A DNA stretch of 64,000 nt from assembly GCA_002701645.1 (NCBI GenBank), contig NZWP01000013.1, forward strand, positions 778 through 64,777, written 5' to 3'. The notes beneath the pieces were generated by a model that worked only from the letters and a program-made list of their open reading frames with translations, was not told the DNA's origin and ran no database searches. Each line of letters opens with the position of its first letter. Position 1 is the stretch's first letter. This document shows positions 57,016 to 64,000 of this stretch, in pieces. Both the position numbers and the translations under genes were made by a program. This DNA is from Fidelibacterota bacterium. Lineage in GTDB: Bacteria; Fidelibacterota; Marinisomatia; Marinisomatales; Marinisomataceae.

Positions 57016-57924
57016 TTAACCTATATAGTTTTGAATTTCTTTATTGTACAGCATTCTAATTTTATTAACCAAAGAATCAGAATTAGTCGATTCTAATTTT
57101 CTGCCTTCTAATTGTGAGACAGGAATAATACCTGCAAAGGTACCTGTTACAAAAGCCTCATTACAGTTTTTAATATCTTCGAATGTAAAATTAGTTTCAG
57201 AACATGCTATATTATTTTGATTACATACTAAAATAGCTTTTCCTCTTGTAATTCCATTTAAACAATACTCTCCGGTAGAAGTTAAAACTCTATCATTTTT
57301 AATAAAAAATAGATTAGTAGAATTGCATGTACTAATATTACCATTCATATCATTCATTATTCCTTCATCGTATCCAAGCTTATTTGCCTCTATGCTTGCT
57401 AAAATACAATTCAGTTTGCTTAGAGTATTATAGTGTGGACTTAATATACTCTCATTAGGTCTAATATTGGGAACTCTACCGATATTTACACCCTTTATAT
57501 ATGTGTTCGGGTCTGTTTGTTTATATTCAGGAATAATTACCAAATTAATTGGGCCTACATTTGCATTAGGATTCTGATATGGAGTAATTTTATCTCCTCT
57601 AGATACAACTAAACGAATGTGTATTTGATCATCCATCTTATTCTTATCTAAGACTTTATTTATTTCATAAATTATTTCTTGTTTTGAGTAAGGGATATCT
57701 AATGAGATACCTTGTGCACTTGCAAATAATCTATCTAAGTGATCTTCAATAAACACTAGTTTTGATTGATGAAGTCTAATACCTTCCCAAACACCATCTC
57801 CTAGTAAAAATCCACTATCAAAAACAGAAATTTTTGCTTCGCTTCTATGGAATAATTGTCCATTAATATTTATATAGATAGCCTGGTTAGCAGGGTTTGA
57901 TATGTAAGAATGTGAGCCCATCAC
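57016..57924 (-). CDS. Class IV (branched-chain/D-amino-acid type) PLP aminotransferase
   Basis: 'SVFDSGFLLGDGVWEGIR', 'IRLVVSRG', 'LSKLNCILASIEANKLGYDEGIM.D..GNI', 'NGITRG', 'EAFVTGT'. Confidence 0.8.
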   Translation of the reverse strand: MMGSHSYISNPANQAIYININGQLFHRSEAKISVFDSGFLLGDGVWEGIRLHQSKLVFIEDHLDRLFASAQGISLDIPYSKQEIIYEINKVLDKNKMDDQIHIRLVVSRGDKITPYQNPNANVGPINLVIIPEYKQTDPNTYIKGVNIGRVPNIRPNESILSPHYNTLSKLNCILASIEANKLGYDEGIMNDMNGNISTCNSTNLFFIKNDRVLTSTGEYCLNGITRGKAILVCNQNNIACSETNFTFEDIKNCNEAFVTGTFAGIIPVSQLEGRKLESTNSDSLVNKIRMLYNKEIQNYIG

Positions 57925-57942
57925 TAAGCTATGTTTGAAAAA

Positions 57943-58935
57943 TTATTTCTTAGTCTGATTTTTGATCCATTCAAATGTATGTTTCATACCTCTATCTAAA
58001 GGGTAGTTAGGCTCCCAACCTATGTTTTCTTTAAAGAGTTTATTATCTGAATTTCTACCTCTAACCCCTTCTGGGACAGGAAATCCATACTTCTCTTCAA
58101 ATGCTTCACCTTGCAAGTTATTGATTTTGATATCTTTTTCAGATAAATCTATAGCTATTTGAGCTAGCTCATTAATCTGAACCATTTCTTCAGAACCAAT
58201 ATTTACAGGATCGGTAAAATCTGATTTCATAAGCCTTTGAACAGCTTCGATACATTCATCTATATAAAGAAATGATCGTGTTTGTAAACCATCCCCCCAG
58301 ACTTCAACTGAAGAATTTTCATCACACAGTATTGCTTTTCTACACATAGCAGCCGGAGCTTTTTCTTTTCCTCCATCCCATGTGCCTTCTGGACCAAAAA
58401 TATTATGGAATCTTCCAATCCTAATATTAAGGCCATAATTTCTAGCAAAAGCCATATATAGTCTTTCACTAAATAATTTTTCCCAACCATATTCACTGTC
58501 AGGTGCTGCAGGATATGCACTATCTTCAGCACACATTGGATTATCTGGATCTTCTTGATTGTGAGCTGGATACATACACGCAGAAGAAGAATAAAAGATT
58601 TTCTTTACACCTTTTTTTAGTGATTCGTGAACAGTATTTAAATTAATTAATCCAGAATTATGCATTACATTGGCATCATTATCCCCTGTAAAAATATATC
58701 CTGCTCCGCCCATATCAGCTGCAAATTGATATAATAAATCCATATCTTTTTCAATGACTTTTTCTACCACTTTAGGGTCTCGTAGGTCTCCAATTACAAA
58801 ATCATCAGCATGAGTTTCTGAAAATTCTGTATGTTTTAAGTCAACTCCTCTAACCCAAAACCCTTCAGATTTTAATCTCTTCACCATATGACTACCAATA
58901 AAGCCTCCAGCGCCCATTACAATAGCTTTTTTCAC
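57943..58935 (-). CDS. GDP-mannose 3,5-epimerase-like NAD-dependent epimerase
   Basis: Colinear with plant GME from memory: 'GAGGFIGSH', 'SSACMYP', 'YGWEKL', 'IGRFHNIFGPEGTWDGGKEKAPAAMCRKA', 'WGDGLQTRSFLYIDECIE', 'KSDF.DPVNIGSEEMV', 'PEGVRGRNSDN'. Confidence 0.8.
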   Translation of the reverse strand: MKKAIVMGAGGFIGSHMVKRLKSEGFWVRGVDLKHTEFSETHADDFVIGDLRDPKVVEKVIEKDMDLLYQFAADMGGAGYIFTGDNDANVMHNSGLINLNTVHESLKKGVKKIFYSSSACMYPAHNQEDPDNPMCAEDSAYPAAPDSEYGWEKLFSERLYMAFARNYGLNIRIGRFHNIFGPEGTWDGGKEKAPAAMCRKAILCDENSSVEVWGDGLQTRSFLYIDECIEAVQRLMKSDFTDPVNIGSEEMVQINELAQIAIDLSEKDIKINNLQGEAFEEKYGFPVPEGVRGRNSDNKLFKENIGWEPNYPLDRGMKHTFEWIKNQTKK

Positions 58936-58945
58936 AATACTCTCC

Positions 58946-59719
58946 TTATTTTATTTTTAAAACAAATTCTTTCAAGACTAGAATAATAAATTTTGGCACC
59001 ATTTCAAAATATCTTTTATATAATCTTTTTGGCTCTAGAATTAATCTAAAAAACCACTCTAAGCCCATTTTCTGAATTAGTTTTGGAGCTACTATTATAC
59101 TACCTGTATGATAGTCAAAAGCTGCGCCAACCCCAAACATTAGCTTACAATCAAGCTGATTTATCCATTCATTCATAAAAAGTTCTTGCTTAGGAGTACT
59201 TAAGCCAACCCAGATTATATCTGGGGTTTTTTGTTTAATTAGATTTCTTAATTCCTCATCTTCTTTTTTATTTAAAGGCCTAAAAGGGGGACAATATGTA
59301 CCCACAATATTTGCATTAAATTTATTTTCAAAATTTGATTTCAGTTTTTCTGCAACACCTTCATTACCTCCATAAAAAAAATGTCTGAAGTTTGATTTTG
59401 ATGTTTTCTTAAAAAATTCATACATCATTTCAGGACCAAAACATCTTTTAATTGATTCAGACCCTTTTGATTTTGAATACCAAACAAGAGGAGTACCGTC
59501 CGGTATTGATAGATACGAGTTATTGTGAGCTTTTGCTACATTTTTATTTTTTTGAGATTCAATAACTCCATGTACGCCAGTAACTGTAATAAACCCTTTT
59601 ATATCATTTGCCAATAGTTTGATTTCTAAGTGGCTAATTAATTTAGAGATAGATGTTTGAGCAATCTTAACACCATAAATGTCTATTGTTTTTAAATCAG
59701 ATAGTTTGTCCAGTTTCAA
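58946..59719 (-). CDS. WecB/TagA/CpsF-family glycosyltransferase (GT26)
   Basis: 'TVTGVHGV', 'SIPDGTPLVW', 'GGNEGVAEK', 'IIWVGLSTPKQE', 'GVGAAFD', 'PK..QK.GLEWFFRL..EP.R'. Confidence 0.8.
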   Translation of the reverse strand: MKLDKLSDLKTIDIYGVKIAQTSISKLISHLEIKLLANDIKGFITVTGVHGVIESQKNKNVAKAHNNSYLSIPDGTPLVWYSKSKGSESIKRCFGPEMMYEFFKKTSKSNFRHFFYGGNEGVAEKLKSNFENKFNANIVGTYCPPFRPLNKKEDEELRNLIKQKTPDIIWVGLSTPKQELFMNEWINQLDCKLMFGVGAAFDYHTGSIIVAPKLIQKMGLEWFFRLILEPKRLYKRYFEMVPKFIILVLKEFVLKIK

Positions 59720-59740
59720 AATATTCCCTAGATCCGATTT

Positions 59741-60616
59741 CTAATGTTGATTTTTAAACTGTCTTAGGGAAGATCCAACAATTAATCTTAAGAAATCAAG
59801 AGGCAAATGAATTAAGAAAAACTTTATTCCGAAAGATTTATATATGTATACAGCTCTTTTTAATAAAAAATGAGGAGACCTTCTTGTAAAAAAAGAATAG
59901 ATAAATTGACTAAATGATAATTTTCTTAATTCATTATTAAGGCCTGTATTCTTCATATGAGTATAAACAGGAGCATCATAGCAAACAATAGGTTGTACAC
60001 TATTTTTTCCTGCTCTAAATCCAAATTCATAATCAGCAAAATATTGTGGTAACATTTCATCAAATAAACCAATTTTTTTAATAATAGGAATTGGAATTAA
60101 AATACCTCTCCCTGGAAGAGTACTGCTTTTAATAGTCATATTATGAGTGTTTTTACAGACGTTATCATAATTTTCATTATGATTAATTCTTTGGTATTTG
60201 GCTGTCCATTTATTAACAATCACTCCTCCAAACTTTATTAAGTTTGAATCTAAATCAACAGTAACTGATCCAATTAGATTATTGGGATTCTTTTTATTAC
60301 AGATTAAAAGATTATTTAAATAATCTTTCTTAACAATTGTATCACAATTAATTGTTAAAATAAAATCATTTTCGGTAGCATTTTTTAATGCATGCTGAAT
60401 ACCAGCATTTGTTGATTTTGTCCACCAATAACTTTCATCATTTAAAACTAAATCAACATAAGGATATTTTTTTACAATCATATTGTCTGTGCCATCGGAA
60501 GACCCATTATCTGAAATAATAATTTTAAAATCAGATACAGTTTGATCGTTTAATTTCTCAATTAATTCTTTAATAAATTTTTTTTCATTAAATGTTGGTA
60601 TAACGATATAAATCAT
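59741..60616 (-). CDS. Family 2 glycosyltransferase
   Basis: 'IVIPTFNE', 'IIISDNGSSDGT', and a 'DxD'-like 'NCDT'. Confidence 0.85.
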   Translation of the reverse strand: MIYIVIPTFNEKKFIKELIEKLNDQTVSDFKIIISDNGSSDGTDNMIVKKYPYVDLVLNDESYWWTKSTNAGIQHALKNATENDFILTINCDTIVKKDYLNNLLICNKKNPNNLIGSVTVDLDSNLIKFGGVIVNKWTAKYQRINHNENYDNVCKNTHNMTIKSSTLPGRGILIPIPIIKKIGLFDEMLPQYFADYEFGFRAGKNSVQPIVCYDAPVYTHMKNTGLNNELRKLSFSQFIYSFFTRRSPHFLLKRAVYIYKSFGIKFFLIHLPLDFLRLIVGSSLRQFKNQH

Positions 60617-60743
60617 TTCTTATTTATTATTGTTCATTTGCAGTTTATCATAAATGCTTTTTTCATTTGTAAGATTTAAAGATTGATTAATGCAAAATAT
60701 AAATACAATTCTTCACTATTAAAATTAAATATTCAAACTCTCT

Positions 60744-60817
60744 GTGGGCCCACAGGGACTTGAACCCCGAACCTGCGGATTATGAGTCCGTTGCTCTAAC
60801 CAATTGAGCTATGGGCC
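60744..60817 (-). tRNA. tRNA with CAT anticodon (elongator Met or lysidine-modified Ile2)
   Basis: The reverse complement folds as GGGCCCA-TA-GCTC-AATTGGTTA-GAGC-A-ACGGA-CTCATAA-TCCGC-AGGTT-CGGGG-TTCAAGT-CCCTG-TGGGCCC-A. No encoded CCA. Confidence 0.85.
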
Positions 60818-60831
60818 CTCTGATTATATTT

Positions 60832-61407
60832 TTAGAAACCTTTTTCAAACACTTCAAGCATAATATGAGATAAAGTAACATGAGACTCTTGAATTCGAGC
60901 AGTATCATTTGATGGGACACAGATATTTATATCTGCTATATTCTTACATAAACCTCCATTTTCTCCGGTAAAAATGATTGATGTTATACCTATTTTTTTA
61001 GCCATTTTTAGTGCATTAACTACACTTTCAGAATTACCCGAAGTACTATATGCAATCAATATATCTCCCTTTGAACCCATACCAGATAGTTCTCTAGAAA
61101 AAACATCATCATAGCCATAATCATTTGCTATTGCTGTCATAGAACTAAGGTTCGATCCCAAAACAACACCTTTTAAAGATTTCCGTTCAATTTTAAATCT
61201 TCCTGTTAATTCCGCAGCAATATGCTGCGCATCAGCCGCACTTCCACCATTACCACAAAAAAAGATAAAATTATTGTTTTTAATAGCTAGGCTTATAGAT
61301 TGAATTGCTTTGGATAAATTTTTAATAATCTCTTCATTTTGAAGGATTTCCTCTTTAACTGAAATAGAGGTCTTAAGAAGAATTTTAATAGTATTAATAT
61401 CGTTCAT
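60832..61407 (-). CDS. gmhA: Phosphoheptose isomerase (sedoheptulose-7-phosphate isomerase)
   Basis: 'FFCGNGGSAADAQHIAAELTGRF', 'TAIANDYGYDDVFSREL', 'STSGNSESV', 'TARIQESH'. Confidence 0.9.
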   Translation of the reverse strand: MNDINTIKILLKTSISVKEEILQNEEIIKNLSKAIQSISLAIKNNNFIFFCGNGGSAADAQHIAAELTGRFKIERKSLKGVVLGSNLSSMTAIANDYGYDDVFSRELSGMGSKGDILIAYSTSGNSESVVNALKMAKKIGITSIIFTGENGGLCKNIADINICVPSNDTARIQESHVTLSHIMLEVFEKGF

Positions 61408-61449
61408 TTTTAAATTTATAAAGAATAAGAGATTTCTCCTACAGGCTAT

Positions 61450-62613
61450 TTATGATTCTAGCAATGTATCTATGCTTGAGAACACTTCCTCAAAATTATT
61501 GTATAAATCATCATTCAATAGGAAGACTTTTTTCATATTGCTTGAAGGGAAAGAATCGGGATAGGGTAAAAAGCGATTATAAGTAATTGATTGTTTTTTA
61601 AACATTATAGTTTTGCAATCAAGCATGTTACTTACATGGACCATGAATGTATCATTAGTAATTACCTTTTTACATGAGCTAGCAATATCAAATATGTCTG
61701 GGATGCTAGTTTTCCCATGTAAATTTACAATTTTATCACCAAATTTTTCTTCTATCCTATTACATATATGTTTTTCATATAAAGAATGTCCAGTTAAGAT
61801 TATCTTTTGGCTGCTGTTTGATAAAATGTATTTAATTATTTTGTAGTAATAAATTTCTGGTAGATTCCTGCTCTTTTTTCTAGAGCCACAATTAACTATA
61901 ATATGATTACTGTAATCAATATTTCCCCACTTAAAAAAGAAAGTATCAAGATTTATAGAAGAATGATAAAGTGTAGCCGATGAATTTGTAGTTAGCTTAA
62001 TAATTTCATGATTTAAATGAAAGTCATGTATACTTTCATTGTGATTGATTTGAAGAAGTTGGTCATAAAATTTATTTCCTATATAATTAAAGAAAGGTGA
62101 GGAGTTTTCTAAATTTCCCAAAACACCAATTTTATTTTTTGATCTAATAAATCGTACTACCGAATCTTCCAAAAGAATTTCTTTTGAAAAAACAGGATTA
62201 ATAATTTCATCACACTGCATTCTATTAATTTGTGACAGTATTTTAAATCTATAAAAAATATTTATTTTGAATTTTACCCTATCAATAACAAAATAATGTT
62301 TTACATTTTTAAGATTTTTGACAAAACTTTCTTGAAGATTTGAAACTATATATAATACCTCGTCTTTATTATTGGCATTTATGTAGTCAATAAATATTAT
62401 TGCATCTCCTAAACCATCTAAGCGGACACAAACCTTTTTAATAGTTTTTTTATTTTTTAAGGGTATGATTTTTAAAACAGCCAAGAGAAGGCTATCACAA
62501 ATTAAAAAAATTAGTTCATTAATTTTTTTTAACACTCGCTTGACAGAATCTTTTAGCCTATCTACGATAAAGCGTGCACCATTATCTGAATTTATTTTAT
62601 TTGTTTGCTTCAT
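61450..62613 (-). CDS. GT9-like glycosyltransferase (heptosyltransferase family candidate)
   Basis: 'RLDGLGDAIIF' and 'LHGKTSIPDIFDIASSCKKVITNDTFMVHVSNML' resemble the two GT9 signature regions. Adjacent to gmhA. Confidence 0.55.
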   Translation of the reverse strand: MKQTNKINSDNGARFIVDRLKDSVKRVLKKINELIFLICDSLLLAVLKIIPLKNKKTIKKVCVRLDGLGDAIIFIDYINANNKDEVLYIVSNLQESFVKNLKNVKHYFVIDRVKFKINIFYRFKILSQINRMQCDEIINPVFSKEILLEDSVVRFIRSKNKIGVLGNLENSSPFFNYIGNKFYDQLLQINHNESIHDFHLNHEIIKLTTNSSATLYHSSINLDTFFFKWGNIDYSNHIIVNCGSRKKSRNLPEIYYYKIIKYILSNSSQKIILTGHSLYEKHICNRIEEKFGDKIVNLHGKTSIPDIFDIASSCKKVITNDTFMVHVSNMLDCKTIMFKKQSITYNRFLPYPDSFPSSNMKKVFLLNDDLYNNFEEVFSSIDTLLES

Positions 62614-62679
62614 TTTTTATCATCGTATTATAACATATTTAATAGTATTATTAAACAAAACAATCCTAAAAATATAAAG

Positions 62680-64000
62680 ATGTTTTCATTATCAAAAATC
62701 AAAATTGCTTTTCAGTGGTCTTTTATGAGGACTTTTGTGCAGCAATTTCTAATTCCTTTTTTAAGATTATTTATTATACCAATTGTAGGTCCTTCTAATT
62801 ATGGAGTTGTCGCAATAACATTTCTTTATTTCCGCTTTATTGAAATCCTTTTTCCTTTTGGTGTTCGAGACTTTATTCTAAGTAGAGATATAGATACAAA
62901 GAAGCAGATTGAGATGTTGCATTCTTTATCCTTTATTTTATCTTTATGTGCATTTTTTTTATGTCTAGCTCTATCATTTCTTTTGCCTTATTTTTATGAC
63001 TCGAATCAAATTGCTTCAGCACTGTTTGCAACCAGTTTTTTGTTTCCCTTCATAGGTATTGGTTTAGTTCCACAGACTATTATTGAAAAAAAATTAGATA
63101 TAAAATATTTATTCTATATCAATTTGATTCCATGTTTAACATCAATATTTGTAGCAATTCCACTTGCTATATATGGGTATGGATTTTGGGCAATACTAAC
63201 TAGTCATATCTTGAATTATAGCCTAAGTAATATGATTTATTTTTTATTAAATCCGGTTTCTTTTGTTCTTCCATCAAAAGATTTACTCTCTAAACTTTTT
63301 TCTTTTGGTAAATGGAATACAGCTGAAAAGTCTTCAGAGTATTTTATTGGATGGATTGATTTATTTTTTGTTTCATTCTTAGGTATAGAAATCGCGGGTA
63401 TATATAGTTTTGGTAAAAATTTTGCTGTTATACTGTTTACTTTAATCAGCAGCCCAATTGTGAATATTATTTTACCCATTTTTTCTTCTATGAAAAATAA
63501 TATTAAAAAATTATTATCTTTTTTTATAGATATAATAGGTATATCTATATTAGTTAATATTTTCTTTGGATTTATTGCTTCTATTGTTTCATATTATTTA
63601 TTTCAAGTATTCTTAACTAGCTGGCAAAATTTAAACATAGTGTGTTTGTATCTATTTATTAGTTCAATATTTGCAAGAAGTTATACATTATTAAGAGAGT
63701 ATTTAAAAGTTCAAAATAAGATTAAGCCATATCCAATATTAATGATATGTTCAGGAGTAATTTTTGTACTCTCTTTTTTAATTATAGAGCCATCAACAAT
63801 CATTGATTTTTTAAAATTAAAATTATTAAATGATATGTTATATGCTTTGTTAATGACAATATTACTAATAAATACAATTAAGAATTTTAGTTCTTCTTTA
63901 AGGCATTTTTTATCCTACGGAGTAAAATTTTTATTTTTATTATCGTTTAATTTTTTACTAATATTGATTTCTATTAATGATTGGTTTTTATCGAATAATC
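62680..64000 (+). CDS. wzx: Polysaccharide flippase (Wzx/MOP superfamily), 3' end beyond window
   Basis: I verified codon by codon an ATG at 62680 followed by 440 stop-free codons to the window edge, in very AT-rich DNA. It is missing from the ORF track because no stop lies in the window. Polytopic, with 'FGKWNTAEKSSEYFIGWIDLFFVSFLG..IAGIYSFG' typical of Wzx-type proteins. Confidence 0.7.
   Translation, partial: MFSLSKIKIAFQWSFMRTFVQQFLIPFLRLFIIPIVGPSNYGVVAITFLYFRFIEILFPFGVRDFILSRDIDTKKQIEMLHSLSFILSLCAFFLCLALSFLLPYFYDSNQIASALFATSFLFPFIGIGLVPQTIIEKKLDIKYLFYINLIPCLTSIFVAIPLAIYGYGFWAILTSHILNYSLSNMIYFLLNPVSFVLPSKDLLSKLFSFGKWNTAEKSSEYFIGWIDLFFVSFLGIEIAGIYSFGKNFAVILFTLISSPIVNIILPIFSSMKNNIKKLLSFFIDIIGISILVNIFFGFIASIVSYYLFQVFLTSWQNLNIVCLYLFISSIFARSYTLLREYLKVQNKIKPYPILMICSGVIFVLSFLIIEPSTIIDFLKLKLLNDMLYALLMTILLINTIKNFSSSLRHFLSYGVKFLFLLSFNFLLILISINDWFLSNN

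Noticed and set aside
58260-58532. 90-aa same-strand alternative-frame ORF inside the GME-like epimerase gene
   Set aside because: It is fully nested in a gene with strong end-to-end family similarity, and its translation shows no independent signal.
63237-63479. 80-aa minus-strand ORF within the last 1.3 kb
   Set aside because: It lies antisense to a 440-codon stop-free plus-strand frame (the wzx flippase) that I verified codon by codon. It is a shadow ORF.
1-64000. Search for CRISPR arrays, transposases, integrases, prophage blocks, toxin-antitoxin pairs, rRNA, or large non-coding RNAs
   Set aside because: No regularly spaced repeats and no recognisable mobile-element or defence-system proteins appear in any of the listed ORFs. 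The longest non-coding gaps are 216, 127 and 114 nt, which is too short for rRNA, tmRNA or RNase P RNA. Short repeats could have been missed by eye.

Overview
This is a 64 kb stretch of an AT-rich, very gene-dense chromosome (about 70 genes, most intergenic gaps under 60 nt, many 1-17 nt overlaps). It comes from a diderm bacterium, since it encodes BamA, Skp, lipid A enzymes and a TonB-dependent receptor. All calls rest on reading the supplied translations and the DNA by eye and recognising family motifs from memory; no searches were run.

Positions 1-45 kb are core housekeeping:
- lpxB (partial), ychF, uvrA, ruvB, queA.
- ispDF-ispE-tRNA(Gln)-prs-rplY-pth.
- A membrane pyrophosphatase, then rpsF-rpsR-rplI.
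- A eukaryote-like type II glutamine synthetase, mutY, plsC, a ferredoxin and mrp.
- An envelope supercluster: uppS-bamA-skp-lpxD-lpxC-fabZ-lpxA-dxr-rseP.
- nfeD-floA, adk, coaE and dnaG.

Positions 45-64 kb are a visibly more AT-rich surface-polysaccharide locus:
- A DegT aminotransferase, two SDR sugar enzymes, a Wza-like exporter and Wzi.
- Heptose genes gmhA and hldA, plus a GT9-like transferase.
- A GDP-mannose 3,5-epimerase homolog.
- GT2 and GT26 transferases, and a Wzx flippase that runs off the window end and is therefore missing from the ORF track.

I saw no CRISPR array, transposase, integrase or rRNA.

The most unusual content is a tightly coupled minus-strand block at 53.8-57.9 kb inside the polysaccharide locus. 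It holds a class IV aminotransferase, a PAPS-type sulfotransferase, a 2-TM micro-protein, an M1 peptidase, a 54-codon epimerase head-plus-tail relic and a short-lid APS kinase. I cannot assign this block to a named pathway.

Other notable points:
- A DnaG whose zinc ribbon has lost all four zinc ligands.
- A completely cysteine-free Mrp/ApbC homolog.
- An orphan beta-class DNA methyltransferase-like gene with a destroyed DPPY motif.
- A GnnA-like oxidoreductase fused into the lpxB operon.
- A structured leader upstream of the TonB-dependent receptor.
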